Shown piece by piece: positions 1-13,223 of a stretch of 64,000 bases of DNA. Origin of the DNA: Octopus sinensis (lineage: Eukaryota); NCBI RefSeq assembly GCF_006345805.1, contig NC_042999.1:66588001-66652000 (forward strand). Direction: 5' to 3'. The notes below the pieces were generated by a model. It saw only the letters and a program-made list of their open reading frames with translations. It searched no databases and had not been told where the DNA came from. Made by a program: the position numbers and the translations under genes. The stretch's first letter is position 1. Each line of letters starts with the position of its first letter.

Positions 1-489
1 ATATATATATATGCATATACATATATATAAATATATGTATACATGTATGTATGTATGGATAGATGGATGTGTGTATGTATGCATGCATGTATGTATGCAT
101 ACATGCATGTATGTATGTATGTATGTATGTATGTATGTATGTATGTATGTATGTATGAACGTATCTATAGATGTATGTATGCATGTACCCGAACGCATAA
201 ATACTCGGGTTGGTGATCGAGGGTGCCGTAATCCTACTGGGCATGAACGACCCCTGGTCTATGTCAAGATGTCTCTCTAGAAAAATGCTAACTCGTATTT
301 AAAAGTTGGAGCCCCACTTGAGCGGGATATGTTGCGCTTTGCTTGTCTCTAGGCTTCTACATATTGCTAGTGAGAGCCATCGTGGTGTTGTGCAAGGTGC
401 ACCTGGATTAGGAACCCTTGCATGTACAGTGTTGACAATTGATACTTGCCAGCGATGATCATACTTGTCTCGCGAGCAGAAAACTCGCC

Positions 490-685
<196 letters not shown>

Positions 686-1298
686 TTGATAGCAGTGTTC
701 TCCCAGTTTTTGTGTGTCCTCTGTCCATGTTATTACTTAGTACAAATCCCTTTATTTTCACTAAATTAATTGACTTCTCTCTTATTGGGTTCCTTGCTAT
801 TGTCAGGTTGTGGCCTTTAAAAGATTAAGTGTATATGTGGACCACACTAGACACTAATACATCAGGTATTAACTATTTATCTGCAAAGCACATGCTTTGT
901 TATTTACGCAGGTATAGAGTTACTAGATACATAAATATGTCCATGAAACAGAAACATGAAAAGTTGCATGAAAATATCACAAACCGATTATATTCCTGAT
1001 TGCTTTTTCATTTGGAATGGTAATATAGTTCGACCCATTATTTGCCGTACTTTGTTTGATGTGTTTTCGTAAATTATTCACATTTTCCTGACAGTAAATC
1101 TATTCCTGTGTATTAGGAAGCCATTTACAAACCCAGTTTACAGAAGAAGTAATCGCCCTCGCTCAACTCGGATTTTACTGCATGTTGATCAGGTCTGCTT
1201 TCGTTATTAATATTAACACTAAACGAAATGCCGATCGACTTTGATATATGCGTGATATAAAAAGATGCCTTATGATATATATAATCATACATACATAC

Positions 1299-1337
<39 letters not shown>

Positions 1338-1368
1338 TGTGTGTGTGTGTATGTATATGTATATGTAT

Positions 1369-1455
<87 letters not shown>

Positions 1456-1456
<1 letters not shown>

Positions 1457-2145
1457 TTACGAGAGGTAATGGTGTCAAGAATACCCAAAGGTGTCAGGTA
1501 ATGCTGACTAAGTGCTACGGAAAGACTATAGTTAAGCTCCAAGTTTGGTGATTATGCGAATGAGGAGTCCAACGTAGGTAATATATCAGCATGGGTGTAT
1601 GTGAAAATTAACAGAATGAGATAAAAATCCAAGGCTTGAAAGATTTCAGAACATTTATAAAGGGAAGTGCTTACAGCTGTTTTCGGGATATATTTTATAT
1701 ACCCCGTCATCGGAGACGGGGTGAGGAAATGTTTAAGCAATAGTTATTCCAGAGAAGATATGAAATAGAGAGTGAAGTGGGGGAATGAAAACAGACGTGA
1801 GATATGCAGGGGTATTGTATCTGCAGATCCATTATTTAAGCAGAATGGTATACATATAAGTTTCCTGTACCTTGTGTTTAAGTTTCAATAGTATCTAAAT
1901 ACTGTTTTGTCTAAATAATGAAACTGCAGATACAATATCCCTGCATATTGCACGTCTGTTTTCATTCCTCCACTTCACTCTCTATTTCATATCTTCTCTA
2001 GAATAAATATTGCTTAACCATCTTCTCACACCTTCTCCGATGAAGAGATATATAAAATGTCCTAGAAACAGCTGTAAGACCTTCTCTTTGTAAATATTCT
2101 GAAATCCTTCATAGCCTTTCATCTTCATCCCATTCAGTTAATTTC
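1456..2145. repeat. Inverted pair of a pLTR-like repeat with a CCGATGA hammerhead variant
   Basis: ~1640-1828 is the reverse complement of ~1923-2105. Motif ccgatga...gaaacagctgtaag. Another copy lies at ~10950-11400. Confidence 0.6.
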
Positions 2146-2163
2146 ATACATATGTATATACAT

Positions 2164-2218
<55 letters not shown>

Positions 2219-2300
2219 TATATATACACATATATAAGAGATAGATAGATATGTATACATATATATGTATATATGTGTGTATATACATATACATACACAC

Positions 2301-2384
<84 letters not shown>

Positions 2385-2832
2385 TAAACTCATATTTATA
2401 TATATATATCTATATATATGTATACATATTCTTTCATTCTTTTATTTGTTTCATTCATTTGACTGCAGCCATTTCTGGAGCACCGCATCTAGTCGAACAA
2501 ATCGACCCCAAGACTTATTCTTTGTAAGCCTAGTACTTATTCTATCGGTCTACCTTTTGTCGAACCGCTAAGTTACGAGGCCGTAAACATACCAGCATCG
2601 GTTCTCAAACGATGGTGGTCGGGACAGACACAGACACACAAACATATACACATATGTAGACATATATACAACAGGCTTCTTTCAGTTTCCGTCTACCAAA
2701 TCCACTCACAAGGCTTTGGTCGGCTCGAGGCTATAGCAGAAGCCACTTGCCCAATGTGCCACGCACTGGGACAGAACGCGGAACATATCGTTGAGAAGCA
2801 AACTTCTTACAACACAGCGATGTCAAATACAT

Positions 2833-2872
<40 letters not shown>

Positions 2873-4681
2873 GCACCTACATGCATACACACACGCACAT
2901 ATGTATGTATGCATGTATGTATGTATGTATGTATGTATGTGGGCATGTATGTATGTACGTAAGTATCTATAATATATACATGTTTCAGACGTGGGATATC
3001 TCGACTGCTTATTTCTGTTTATATATATTTCCCTTCAATTTTGTTGTTCAGCCTTAAAAGAAGAAATAAGAATTGTCAATAACATTTCCACAATAATTTA
3101 TAATGCAGACCTTTTTGTAGTGACTTTACGTAATTTAAGCTGTGATGTAGAAACATTAATTTTTGGCGAAATAATGTTTTGTTTCATGCGGAAATAAGTA
3201 TATACCTACTTCACAACTTTAATAAGATATATGTATGGTTTATACACATAAACTATAAATTTGTCTTATTTAAGTTGTATCATATTTCAATTTTGTTATT
3301 TCTGCTACTTTCGTTATTTTACTATCTTTTGTTATGCATTTCTTTATGTTGCCTATCAATTACTTCAGCTCTAAATGAATTATAAGTATACTTCCATTTC
3401 TGTTGGTTAAATAATATACTTAAATACTAAAGAAACTATTTCGGCATCAAATTTAATTAGTATTCGAAAGAATAATTGTACTTATTTCTGTATTTGTTTA
3501 TTTAATTATTTTTCATTTTCATTTTATTGCAGTTATTGATCATCATATTTGGTATTACTCTTCGATAATTATCTGAAACTTCTTTTCAATAAATTGATAT
3601 ACTGATATATGAATTAAGTAATATTTTTTTTTAATTCTGCTATGAAAAAATAAGGAAATAAACAACTGCTAAACATTCATGTTATTTGTTATATAATGCA
3701 TCATGCTACTCTATTATATTTAATTCTTTTAATAATTAAAAACATTTTTAATAACAAAGTGAGATTTAAACTTACTTGAAGAGCATTTTCTGTTCTGTTA
3801 TGTGAGAATAACGTTTCTTATAATGCTGTTTGTCACTGCGTTACTTAGCCCGCCTTTTTCTCTAATCACACTTTCAAGTGATTAGAAAAAAAGAGGACGG
3901 AAGAAAAACGGAGAGAGAAAAAGAGAGAGGGAAGAGCGTCCATGATGCGAGTTAGAGGGAGTGTAACTGTAACGTTTTTCACGTGATTAGTTGAAGGTAA
4001 AAATTGTTCAGCATTGTGTTAATATACGTTCTCGCTGGTCTTGAGAAATTTGTGTCGTGCTGTGGTTCAGCATTTTTGTCCAAACTGTACTCTGGCTTCT
4101 CTTTACCTTCAATTAATCCCGTGAAGCGTTACAGTTACATTCCCTCTACCTCGCATCATGGACGCTCTTCTCTCCCTCTTTTGTTTGTTCTTCCCATTTT
4201 TTTTTTTTTTTGTGGAGAGTATAATTTTCTCTTGGTTCCTTTCTTTTGTTTCCTGCTGTAATCTTACTGTTTCACTGGAAATAATTTTTTGTTCGTTCAT
4301 GTTTCGACTTTCATTGAATATAATAAATATGAACAGGAACTGCAATAGAGTGCAAGAGAAAATTTATGATGTCTGACTAAACTCCTTACAATGAATATAA
4401 CATTAACACGAATGTAATGTTAATGCAGTTCTTTTCTCATATTATTTCATAAATAGCAAATTGTTTATATTTTAACTTTTTATATTTTACTTGTTTCAGT
4501 AATTAGACCCGGCCATGCTAGAGCAGCACCTTGAAATTTTAGTCGAATGAATCGACCACAGGACTTATTTTATAAGGCGGGTACATATCTGTCGATCTCT
4601 TTTGCCGAACTGCTAATATTACGGGGACGCAAGCACACCAACACCGGTTTCAAGCGGTGGTTGAGGTAAAGAACAACACAG

Positions 4682-4715
<34 letters not shown>

Positions 4716-4740
4716 GGAACTGCAGATACAATATCCCTGC

Positions 4741-4774
<34 letters not shown>

Positions 4775-6237
4775 CGACGGGCTTCTTCCAGTTTCTGTCT
4801 ACCAAATCCACTGACAAGGGTTTTGCCGACCCCAAGCTATAGTAGAAGACACTTGCCTGAGGTAACACACAGTGGGACTGAACCCGGAACAATGTTATTG
4901 GGAGGGAAGCTGTTTACCAAACTTAATCTTTTACTACATACATAAAATTTAACTAACAGAATATTGACTATTTTCTCATTACAATATTGTAAAAATGGAA
5001 ATATATTTAGCTCTAATATTCAGTATATGCACTATAAAGAATTATTCCGCTTTACTAGTTCGGATTTTTTTTTCTGTACATGTCATAAACATTATTTTAT
5101 ATTTTATTTCTTTATACATATATCGTTGAATAAAATGTGCTTCAACAGACTACAGTTGCTATATAGGAGAATTGAAAAATTATAAAATTCAAGTAAACCC
5201 TCTCTTTATATGTTTTGGTTGCATATGTATGTATGTATAAAAGAGAAAATTTTGTTTCAAAAAATAAGTTTTCGCCAAACACTTAATAAACTGAATATTG
5301 ATTTAATTTTACATTATGTTATTCTAAAAACTGAAATATTTTAAACTAAATTAATATATATTATATGTACAATAAACGTTTTTGATATTATACATATGAC
5401 AAAAATTTTCCTGTTATTTTATTTCATCATTCCTATTCATATATACTCATCAATTATAAAATGTCGAATACTTTATATAGCTGTTCTTTATATAGCCGCG
5501 GTTCTACTTTAATTATTACGTTGCTTTGTAGCTATTGTGAATGGGACTTGGTACGTATTTCTAGCAAAGTGACTATCCTTATACAAGCATTCCCTCTCGT
5601 GAATATGCGCGTACACATATTAATAACATTTGTTACATATGGTAACTATGAAACAGAATTTTTTACATGATAATTTCGTCCACAATAGGTACAGGTGTGT
5701 ATGTGTTGTATAAAAATTGCTTCCCGGTCACATCGCTCCGGGTTCAGTCCCACTGTGTGACAACTTAGGCAAGTGCTTTCTACTATATCCTCGAGCCAAC
5801 TAAAGCCTTCTGAGTAGATTTGATAAGCCGAAACTGAAGGAAGCACGTCGTATATATGTATATATATAATCGTATGTGATCTACTTCTAGCATAAGACTG
5901 TCCACATAGTGTTTTTAGCCCTAAATATACACATGTATTGGAATTTTCTCTGAGTTTTCAGATTTCTATATGTTAGACTACTGGTTTTAAATTGATATCA
6001 ATTAAACTAATATTCAATTTATCTACCTCATTATTTAAATGTTAAAATAATTATGTTCTCTAATAGGCAGCATTAACTGCAGTACATTATTTGTTGCAGA
6101 ATTTGTTTCTGGAATTTAGCGCGCCAGAACTCAGACATTTGAAATTAAGCCCAATGTAATCGGTAGAACTAAGCACGTGTCTGGTTTTATACAGAAAACT
6201 GGTGGTTAGTTTTACAAATTATATTGTTTTTGGAACG

Positions 6238-6311
6238 ATCGTACTGATGAATCTACGGACGAAGGATTACGTAAGTAATTTATTCGGTGATAGACGAAAC
6301 CGGTATACGAT
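6238..6311 (+). ncRNA. Type I hammerhead ribozyme, solitary
   Basis: Stem I atcgta/tacgat, CTGATGA at 6244-6250, stem II tcta/taga, GAAA at 6296-6299, minimal palindromic stem III ACCGGT, GUA cleavage after 6305. Confidence 0.75.
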
Positions 6312-6500
6312 TAATTCTTGATTTTTATATAATTTTCATCTATCTTGCCCGCCTATGTTCTGGTGTTCGCTGAATTTTCTCTGGAGAACATTTTTTCTTT
6401 GTAGTTTGATCGTATGTGATCTAATTCTAGCATATCGCTGCCCATATAGTGGTTTTTACCCCTAAATATACACACAGACGTATATATATATGTATATATA

Positions 6501-6618
<118 letters not shown>

Positions 6619-6811
6619 TACGTACATACATACATATATGTATATACGAGAGACGTTCAATAAGTAATGCCCCTGACCCACTTGCAGTTGTTTGATGTAG
6701 TAACCATCAGTAACCATCAGAGCATCACAAATCACAGCACATACCCAAGGCACACAGAGCTGCGCTCGGTAGTGAAATGAATGCACGTTATAAAAATAAA
6801 ACTACTGAATG

Positions 6812-6853
<42 letters not shown>

Positions 6854-6874
6854 GTAGTAGTAATAATAATAATA

Positions 6875-6925
<51 letters not shown>

Positions 6926-7041
6926 CAACACAACAACAACAACAACAATAACAATAATAATAAATCATTTCTACAACACACCTTTATATTTACTAGTGAA
7001 TAACATGCGTAGTTTCAAACTTCACAAATGTTACAAACGTA

Positions 7042-8300
7042 CGAGGGACGATCAATAAGTAATGCCCCTGACCCATTTGCAGTTGTGTGATCTAGCTGAA
7101 ATTTTGCATGTGAAATCATTTCTATCTCTATAGATTAAGTGGCAAATTACAGCTCTGAACTAATTGTGGTTTCTGATTTACAGGTGTTTGAACTGAGTCA
7201 AGTGTGAAATGGAGCCTGTTGAGTGTTGAGCAGTGATCCGGTTTTTGTATTTGAAAGGACGCACACCACGGGAGACTTTTGATGAAATGAAAGTAACTTA
7301 TGGTAATGATGCCCCATTATATGGCCTTGTAAAACGCTGGCATCGTGAATTCAAACATGGTCGGAACTCTGTGGAAACAGCTCCCAGATTGGTCGCCCCA
7401 CTTCTGCCATTGATCAGGCATCTGTCCGTCAACTTGAGGCTGCCGTTTTGGAAGATCGACGCATAACTATTCGCCAAATAGCCCATGAGGTCAAGATTAG
7501 TACCTGGTCTGTGGAAACTATCATTCATGACCATTTGCATATGCAAAAGGTGTCTGCCAGATGGATTCTCAGGTTGCTCACGCCTTACCAGAAGCAAGAA
7601 CGTGTCGAGTGCTCGAGGGTGAATTTGGAGATGTGCCAAGAAGATGAGACAAAATTTTTCAAAAGACTGATTACACAGGATGAAACCTGGGTCCATCACT
7701 ATGATCCAGAGACCAATGCCCAGTCAATGCGGTGGAAGCACCGTGACTCACCTCCTCCAAAGAAGGCAAGGGTGCAGCCCTCCGCTAGCAAGGTCATGCT
7801 TACAGTCTTCTGGGACCAGGACGGAGAAGTGATGGCAAAGGGTACCAGAATTACGGGAGCCTATTATGCTTCACTTTTGAGGAAATTAAGAGAAGCTATC
7901 AAAATCAAGAGGCGGAGCAAGATCAGCAAATGCATCCTCCTCCTGCAGGACACACCTCGCGTCTCGCCAGATCAGAAGCACAGGCGTGTGGCTATGAACT
8001 CCTCCCCCCTACTCTCCTGACCTTGCACCCTCTGATTTTCACCTCTTCCCAGCTATGAAGTTGTTTTTGAAAGGAAAGCGTTTCCCAGATGATGCAGCCT
8101 TGATTTCTGAAGTCACGTCATGGTTGGAGGACCAAGCTGGGTTCCTCTACAAAAACAGTCTCCAGAGCTGCATCAAACGATGGGAGAAATGCGTAACTCT
8201 GGGTGGTCCTATGTAGAAAAAGACTAATAACTGTGGCAAGTTTCGTTGCTCTACTACTATGGGAAGTGGGTCAGGGGCATTACCTATTGAACGCCCCTCG
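7042..8300 (+). mobile_element. Full-length mariner (D,D34D) element with disrupted transposase
   Basis: TA-flanked TIRs cgagggacgatcaataagtaatgcccctgaccca and its complement. Motifs WILRLL, ITQDETWVHHYDPE and YSPDLAPSDFHLF; stop codon and frameshifts present. Confidence 0.95.
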
Positions 8301-8361
8301 TATATATACATACATACATACATACATACATACATACATAAATACATACATACATATATAC

Positions 8362-8447
<86 letters not shown>

Positions 8448-8668
8448 TCAATATAGGGTGGCAAGGAAAATTTTGTAGAATTTTATTGCCACCAGCGGCC
8501 CAGTGGGAAAAAATTAAATAGTCATAGACCATTTTTAAGTTCAACAATAACAATTAAGGAACGGCCATAATAGGCCATTCACCCACTAGAAATAACAGCC
8601 AAAGCTTCTACCGCAAATAAAGATTAATTCCGTAAACAGGAGAAAATTAAAAAAACATTTACCCTGTA

Positions 8669-8775
8669 ATTTCTTGTACGGTATACCGTTTCATCCGCTG
8701 TTTAATGGTAAACTAACATGATTAAATTAAATCAAGCCAATCTTCCATAAGCCCTCGGATTCTTCAGCAAGAAAT
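8669..8775 (-). ncRNA. Type I hammerhead ribozyme (inverted unit)
   Basis: Reverse complement of the 9470-9575 motif: tcttcag at 8761-8767 and tacggtataccgtttc at 8677-8692. Confidence 0.85.
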
Positions 8776-9469
8776 AGCTCAAGTCGGAACAGATATTTAC
8801 ACGAGGCATACCCAATCTTGCCAAGTCAATATCTGACCTAAAATTTCAAATCGTCGCACTCGCGCCAAATTTATCGGCAGCAAATAATATCAGCCGTCGA
8901 TTCCATTACGGAATTAACAAAAAATTCATAATTAATCAATATAGGGTGGCAAGGAAAATTTTGTAGAATTTTACTGCCACCAGCGGCCCAGTGGGAAAAA
9001 ATTAAATAGTCATAGACCATTTTTAAGTTCAACAATAACAATTAAGGAACGGCTATAATAGGCCATTCACGTACAAGAAATTACAGGGTAAATGTTTTTT
9101 TAATTTTCTCCTGTTTACGGAATTAATCTTTATTGCGGTGTAGAGTTAGAGCTTTGGCTGTTATTCTAGTGGGTGAATGGCCTATTATGGCCGTTCCTTA
9201 ATTGTTATTGTTGAACTTAAAAATGGTCTATGACTATTTAATTTTTTCCCACTGGGCCGCTGGTGGCAATAAAATTCTACAAAATTTTCCTTGCCACCCT
9301 ATATTGATTAATTATGAATTTTTTGGTTAATTCCGTAATGGAATCGACGGCTGATATTTATTTGCTGCCGATAAATTGGCGCGAGTGCGACGATTTGAAA
9401 ATTTTAGGTCAGATATTGACTTGGCAAGATTGGGTATGCCTCGTGTAAATATCTGTTCCGACTTGAGCT

Positions 9470-9575
9470 ATTTCTTGCTGAAGAATCCGAGGGCTTATGG
9501 AAGATTGGCTTGATTTAATTTAATCATGTTAGTTACCATTAAACAGCGGATGAAACGGTATACCGTACAAGAAAT
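9470..9575 (+). ncRNA. Type I hammerhead ribozyme
   Basis: Stem I atttcttg/caagaaat (8 bp), CTGAAGA at 9478-9484, stem II atccg/cggat, GAAA at 9552-9555, palindromic stem III ACGGTATACCGT, GUA cleavage after 9567. Confidence 0.85.
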
Positions 9576-9957
9576 TACAGGGTAAATGTTTTTTTAATTT
9601 TCTCCTGTTTACGGAATTAATCTTTATTTGCGGTAGAAGCTTTGGCTGTTATTTCTAGTGGGTGAATGGCCTATTATGGCCGTTCCTTAATTGTTATTGT
9701 TGAACTTAAAAATGGTCTATGACTATTTAATTTTTTCCCACTGGGCCGCTGGTGGCAATAAAATTCTACAAAATTTTCCTGCCACCCTATATTGATTAAT
9801 ATGAATTTTTTGGTTAATTCCGTAATGGAATCGACGGCTGATATTTATTTGCTGCCGATAAATTTGGCGCGAGTGCGACGATTTGAAAATTTTAGGTCAG
9901 ATATTGACTTGGCAAGATTGGGTATGCCTCGTGTAAATATCTGTTCCGACTTGAGCT

Positions 9958-10064
9958 ATTTCTTGCTGAAGAATCCGAGGGCTTATGGAAGATTGGCTTG
10001 ATTTAATTTAATCATGTTAGTTTACCATTAAACAGCGGATGAAACGGTATACCGTACAAGAAAT
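9958..10064 (+). ncRNA. Type I hammerhead ribozyme (next tandem unit)
   Basis: Same motif: CTGAAGA at 9966-9972, GAAA at 10041-10044, cleavage after 10056. Confidence 0.85.
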
Positions 10065-10324
10065 TACAGGGTAAATGTTTTTTTTAATTTTCTCCTGTTT
10101 ACGGAATTAATCTTTATTTGCGGTAGAAGCTTTGGCTGTTATTTCTAGTGGGTGAATGGCCTATTATGGCCGTTCCTTAATTGTTATTATATATATATAT
10201 ATATATGAAATCTCTGAGCGAGATGTAAACAGTAGCAATACGGAATCGTAATATATAATTGCCAACAAAGTATGTCGTCCTAGACGGGATAGTGCTACTG
10301 AGGTTTTTATATATATATAATATA

Positions 10325-10386
<62 letters not shown>

Positions 10387-11542
10387 GTTGAAATTTTTAG
10401 AAAAACCAAACACGAAGACAACAAACAAGTTCAATAGATTGATGGTGGGGGAAAATGAAAACGTCTTTTACGTTTCGAACCTACAAAAATTTCAACAGAG
10501 AAGAATAAGAAAAAAGTAAATAGAGAGAATGGAAAAAAATTGTAGTTCAGCAGTCCACAACATCTCTACTCATCTACAAATAAGCACTTCACCTGGTTTT
10601 ACTGACTCTACCTTCATGGATCTTTTCGTTGGTATATATATAAATTAGAAATATTGCATTTCTAAATCTCCTAGAGAGACTTATACACTAGCAGCACTAT
10701 AAAGTGATGGTTTGTTGCCAACTTAATGTGGCAGTCCCAGGTAAGGGAAGTATGCTATTGCTATTTAGCCCCAGGAAATATAACATCGTTTCCAGTTGGC
10801 TACGTGACACTACCTTGTGTGTAAGTTTCAATAGTATTTAAAATAGGCCATTCCAAGCATAGGTTTTGTAAACGGTGTTATTGAATCGAGGTTTTTTTTA
10901 AAGTGACCCTCGATTCAAAAATCCCGTTTTCAGACTATGCTTGGAATGACCAATTTTATATACTATTGGAACTTACAAGCAATGTACAGGAAACGTATAT
11001 GTATACCATTTTGCTTCAATAATGGATCTGCAGATACAATATCCCCGCATATCTCACGTCTGTTTCCATTCCTCCACTTCACTCTCCATTTCATATCTTC
11101 TCTAGAATAACTATTGCTTAAACATTTTCTCACACCGTCTCCGATGAAGGGATATGTAAAATATCAAGGAAACTGCTGTAAAACCTTCTCATTTATAAAT
11201 GTTCTGTAATCTTTGACAGTCTTGGATTTTTATCGCATTCTGTTAATTTTTTTATATATACACATGCTGATATATGACCTACTTTAGACTCCTCATTCGC
11301 ATAATCAACGAACCTGGAGCTTAACTATAGTCTATCCATAGCACTTACTCAGCATTACCTGAAACATTTGGGTTTTCTTGACACCATTCATCTCATAACC
11401 TATATATGTGTGTGGGGGAGTGTCAAGGGTTGAACAGAAAGAACACAAGGAGAAACATTTAGACGAATGTAGAGCAAACGGGAAACTAAACGAAAACTTA
11501 ACGGACAGGAAATTTAGACAGACACCACACACACAGACACAA

Positions 11543-11579
<37 letters not shown>

Positions 11580-11639
11580 TACACACACACATACTCTTTA
11601 TTTTCCTAAATGTCTCCCCGTGTCCCATCCCACTCTTTT

Positions 11640-13054
11640 ATAACTATTTGTCACTTATATTTATTATGGACAACACAGAATTAGTCTAATTGCTATGATT
11701 CTAATTTTACTAATTTCTCTTACAATTTCGATGAATCAGTTGCTGTTTATAGGTAATATAAAACTAAAGCACATTTACTGCTAGGCAAATAATTTATTCA
11801 GCTGTGACTTTATAGCGATCAATATATTACAAAAAAGCTCGTTGGGTGTTTTCAGAGAAGGGTTTGTTTTATTAGAATTTAATCATAAGACTGGAAAAGA
11901 CGTTCTCAACGACGTACATCTACACAGGCTTCGGATGTAAATAAAGGCATTCCAAAAATTTGATGTCTCTAAGAAGACACAAGAAGAACGCGATTTTTAT
12001 AGGGTGGCAGTTCTAAGAAGCAAGTATTGAACAAATAGTTGAATTCGAGGTCTGATATTGCCATAGAGATATTATAATGATGGCACCAGATTGGATGGTA
12101 ACACCAAGAAGCATTTCGTATGAAACAAAAATTACGAATGTAAGAGACACTGATATTGGTTAGTCTCTTGTAAAATAGTAAAGCAAGTTTGCTGTGATTA
12201 TCTCTGTGTAAATATTCTCAGATAATCAGGAAATACTCGAGACCGTAAAAGAAACTGACTGTTTGTGTTGGATTCCATCGTATATGTAATACTGCGATTG
12301 ATAATGAGAGATCGATCTGTAGAAATTGATTGACAGGTACAGATTTCAGCAAAGAGAAAATGATTGAAGTTCAATTTAGCAATGATCAGACGTTTTTGAG
12401 ACTTATAAACTGTTCACCAGCGTAAAATTTGATTTGCAATTAGTGAGAGGAAGCATATCTTGGTTCCGTATTGCTGATATAGTTGAAATAAAAAACGATT
12501 TATTGGTTGGTGTATTCGTGTCAGTACGTGTATATGTTTGTGTGGTGGGGGGAGTATGTGTGTAAGTAGGGGATGTATGTGTGTGTGCGTGTGCATACAT
12601 CTATGGATGAATGTTATTGCGTGTTTTTGTCTGTGTATGTGTTGCCCAGTGAAAGGATAGGACAGATGAACATATAGGAATGGAATGGAGAGAATTGAAG
12701 CAGAATGAAATTAAGATATTACTGATGAGATAATGGCGTTCGAAGTAAATATCGAGATGCAGTCTGATGGGGCAGACATCAATAGAAAACAAAAATAGTT
12801 TCCACAGAAACTGGCTAAAGAGAATAATGAGAGATTGCTATCTATAAATGTAATGTCATATATCTGTATCTGATTATAGAACATTCTTGACATGCCATTG
12901 CATTCAGTATGGTTCATATATATCGGGAGTCGATAGGGAGTGGCTCTTTCAATCATTGCGCCATGAGTAGATTAGAATGTACAATTAATCATTACAAGTG
13001 CCGTTAGATTAGGATCGAACGATTATTTAACGAATAGGACACTAGCTTTCTTAC
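11640..13054 (-). repeat. Paralogous second intron of the peptide gene family (copy A)
   Basis: Colinear blocks shared with 20470-22195, 38020-40294, 52310-52830, 53940-54390 and 57400-58282, for example gtacatctacacagg, aatattctcagataa and ccagtgaaaggatagg. Confidence 0.8.
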
Positions 13055-13116
13055 CCTCGGTCAAGGCAATCATCATTAATATACCCAAGAGGATCAAAGA
13101 AGAATTTAGAATACAT
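13055..13116 (-). pseudogene. Gene A signal-peptide exon with +1 frameshift, MYSKFF/LILLGILMMIALTE(G)
   Basis: Acceptor ttacAG (13125-13124), ATG at 13116, donor GTAAGA at 13054, but 62 nt instead of 61. No mature exon found at the expected position near 11.4 kb. Confidence 0.7.
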
Positions 13117-13179
13117 AATGAACCTGTAATATTCATATATACATATTTATATATATATATATATATAATATTATATATA

Positions 13180-13223
<44 letters not shown>

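Larger units (their letters stand above)
8441..10188. mobile_element. ~489-bp tandem repeat array with internal inversion; hammerhead-containing retrozyme or Penelope pLTR-like
   Basis: Unit starts at 8441 and 8929. Orientation flips at 9070/9071. Reversed units are marked by gtacaagaaattacaggg at 9071, 9565 and 10054. One hammerhead per full unit. Confidence 0.8.

Noticed and set aside
3000-5600. Scattered splice-like sites and hydrophobic micro-ORFs, candidates for gene A's missing exon
   Set aside because: No Cys framework, no consistent phase and no homology to the family flanks; expected by chance in AT-rich DNA.
6100-6276. Apparent plus-strand exon (ttgcag ... gtaagt)
   Set aside because: Two in-frame TAG stops, and the apparent donor lies inside stem II of the hammerhead.
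8441-10188. CRISPR-like or protein-coding reading of the repeat array (ORF 9792-10001)
   Set aside because: Units are ~489 bp with no unique spacers, the context is eukaryotic, and indels between copies break the ORF.
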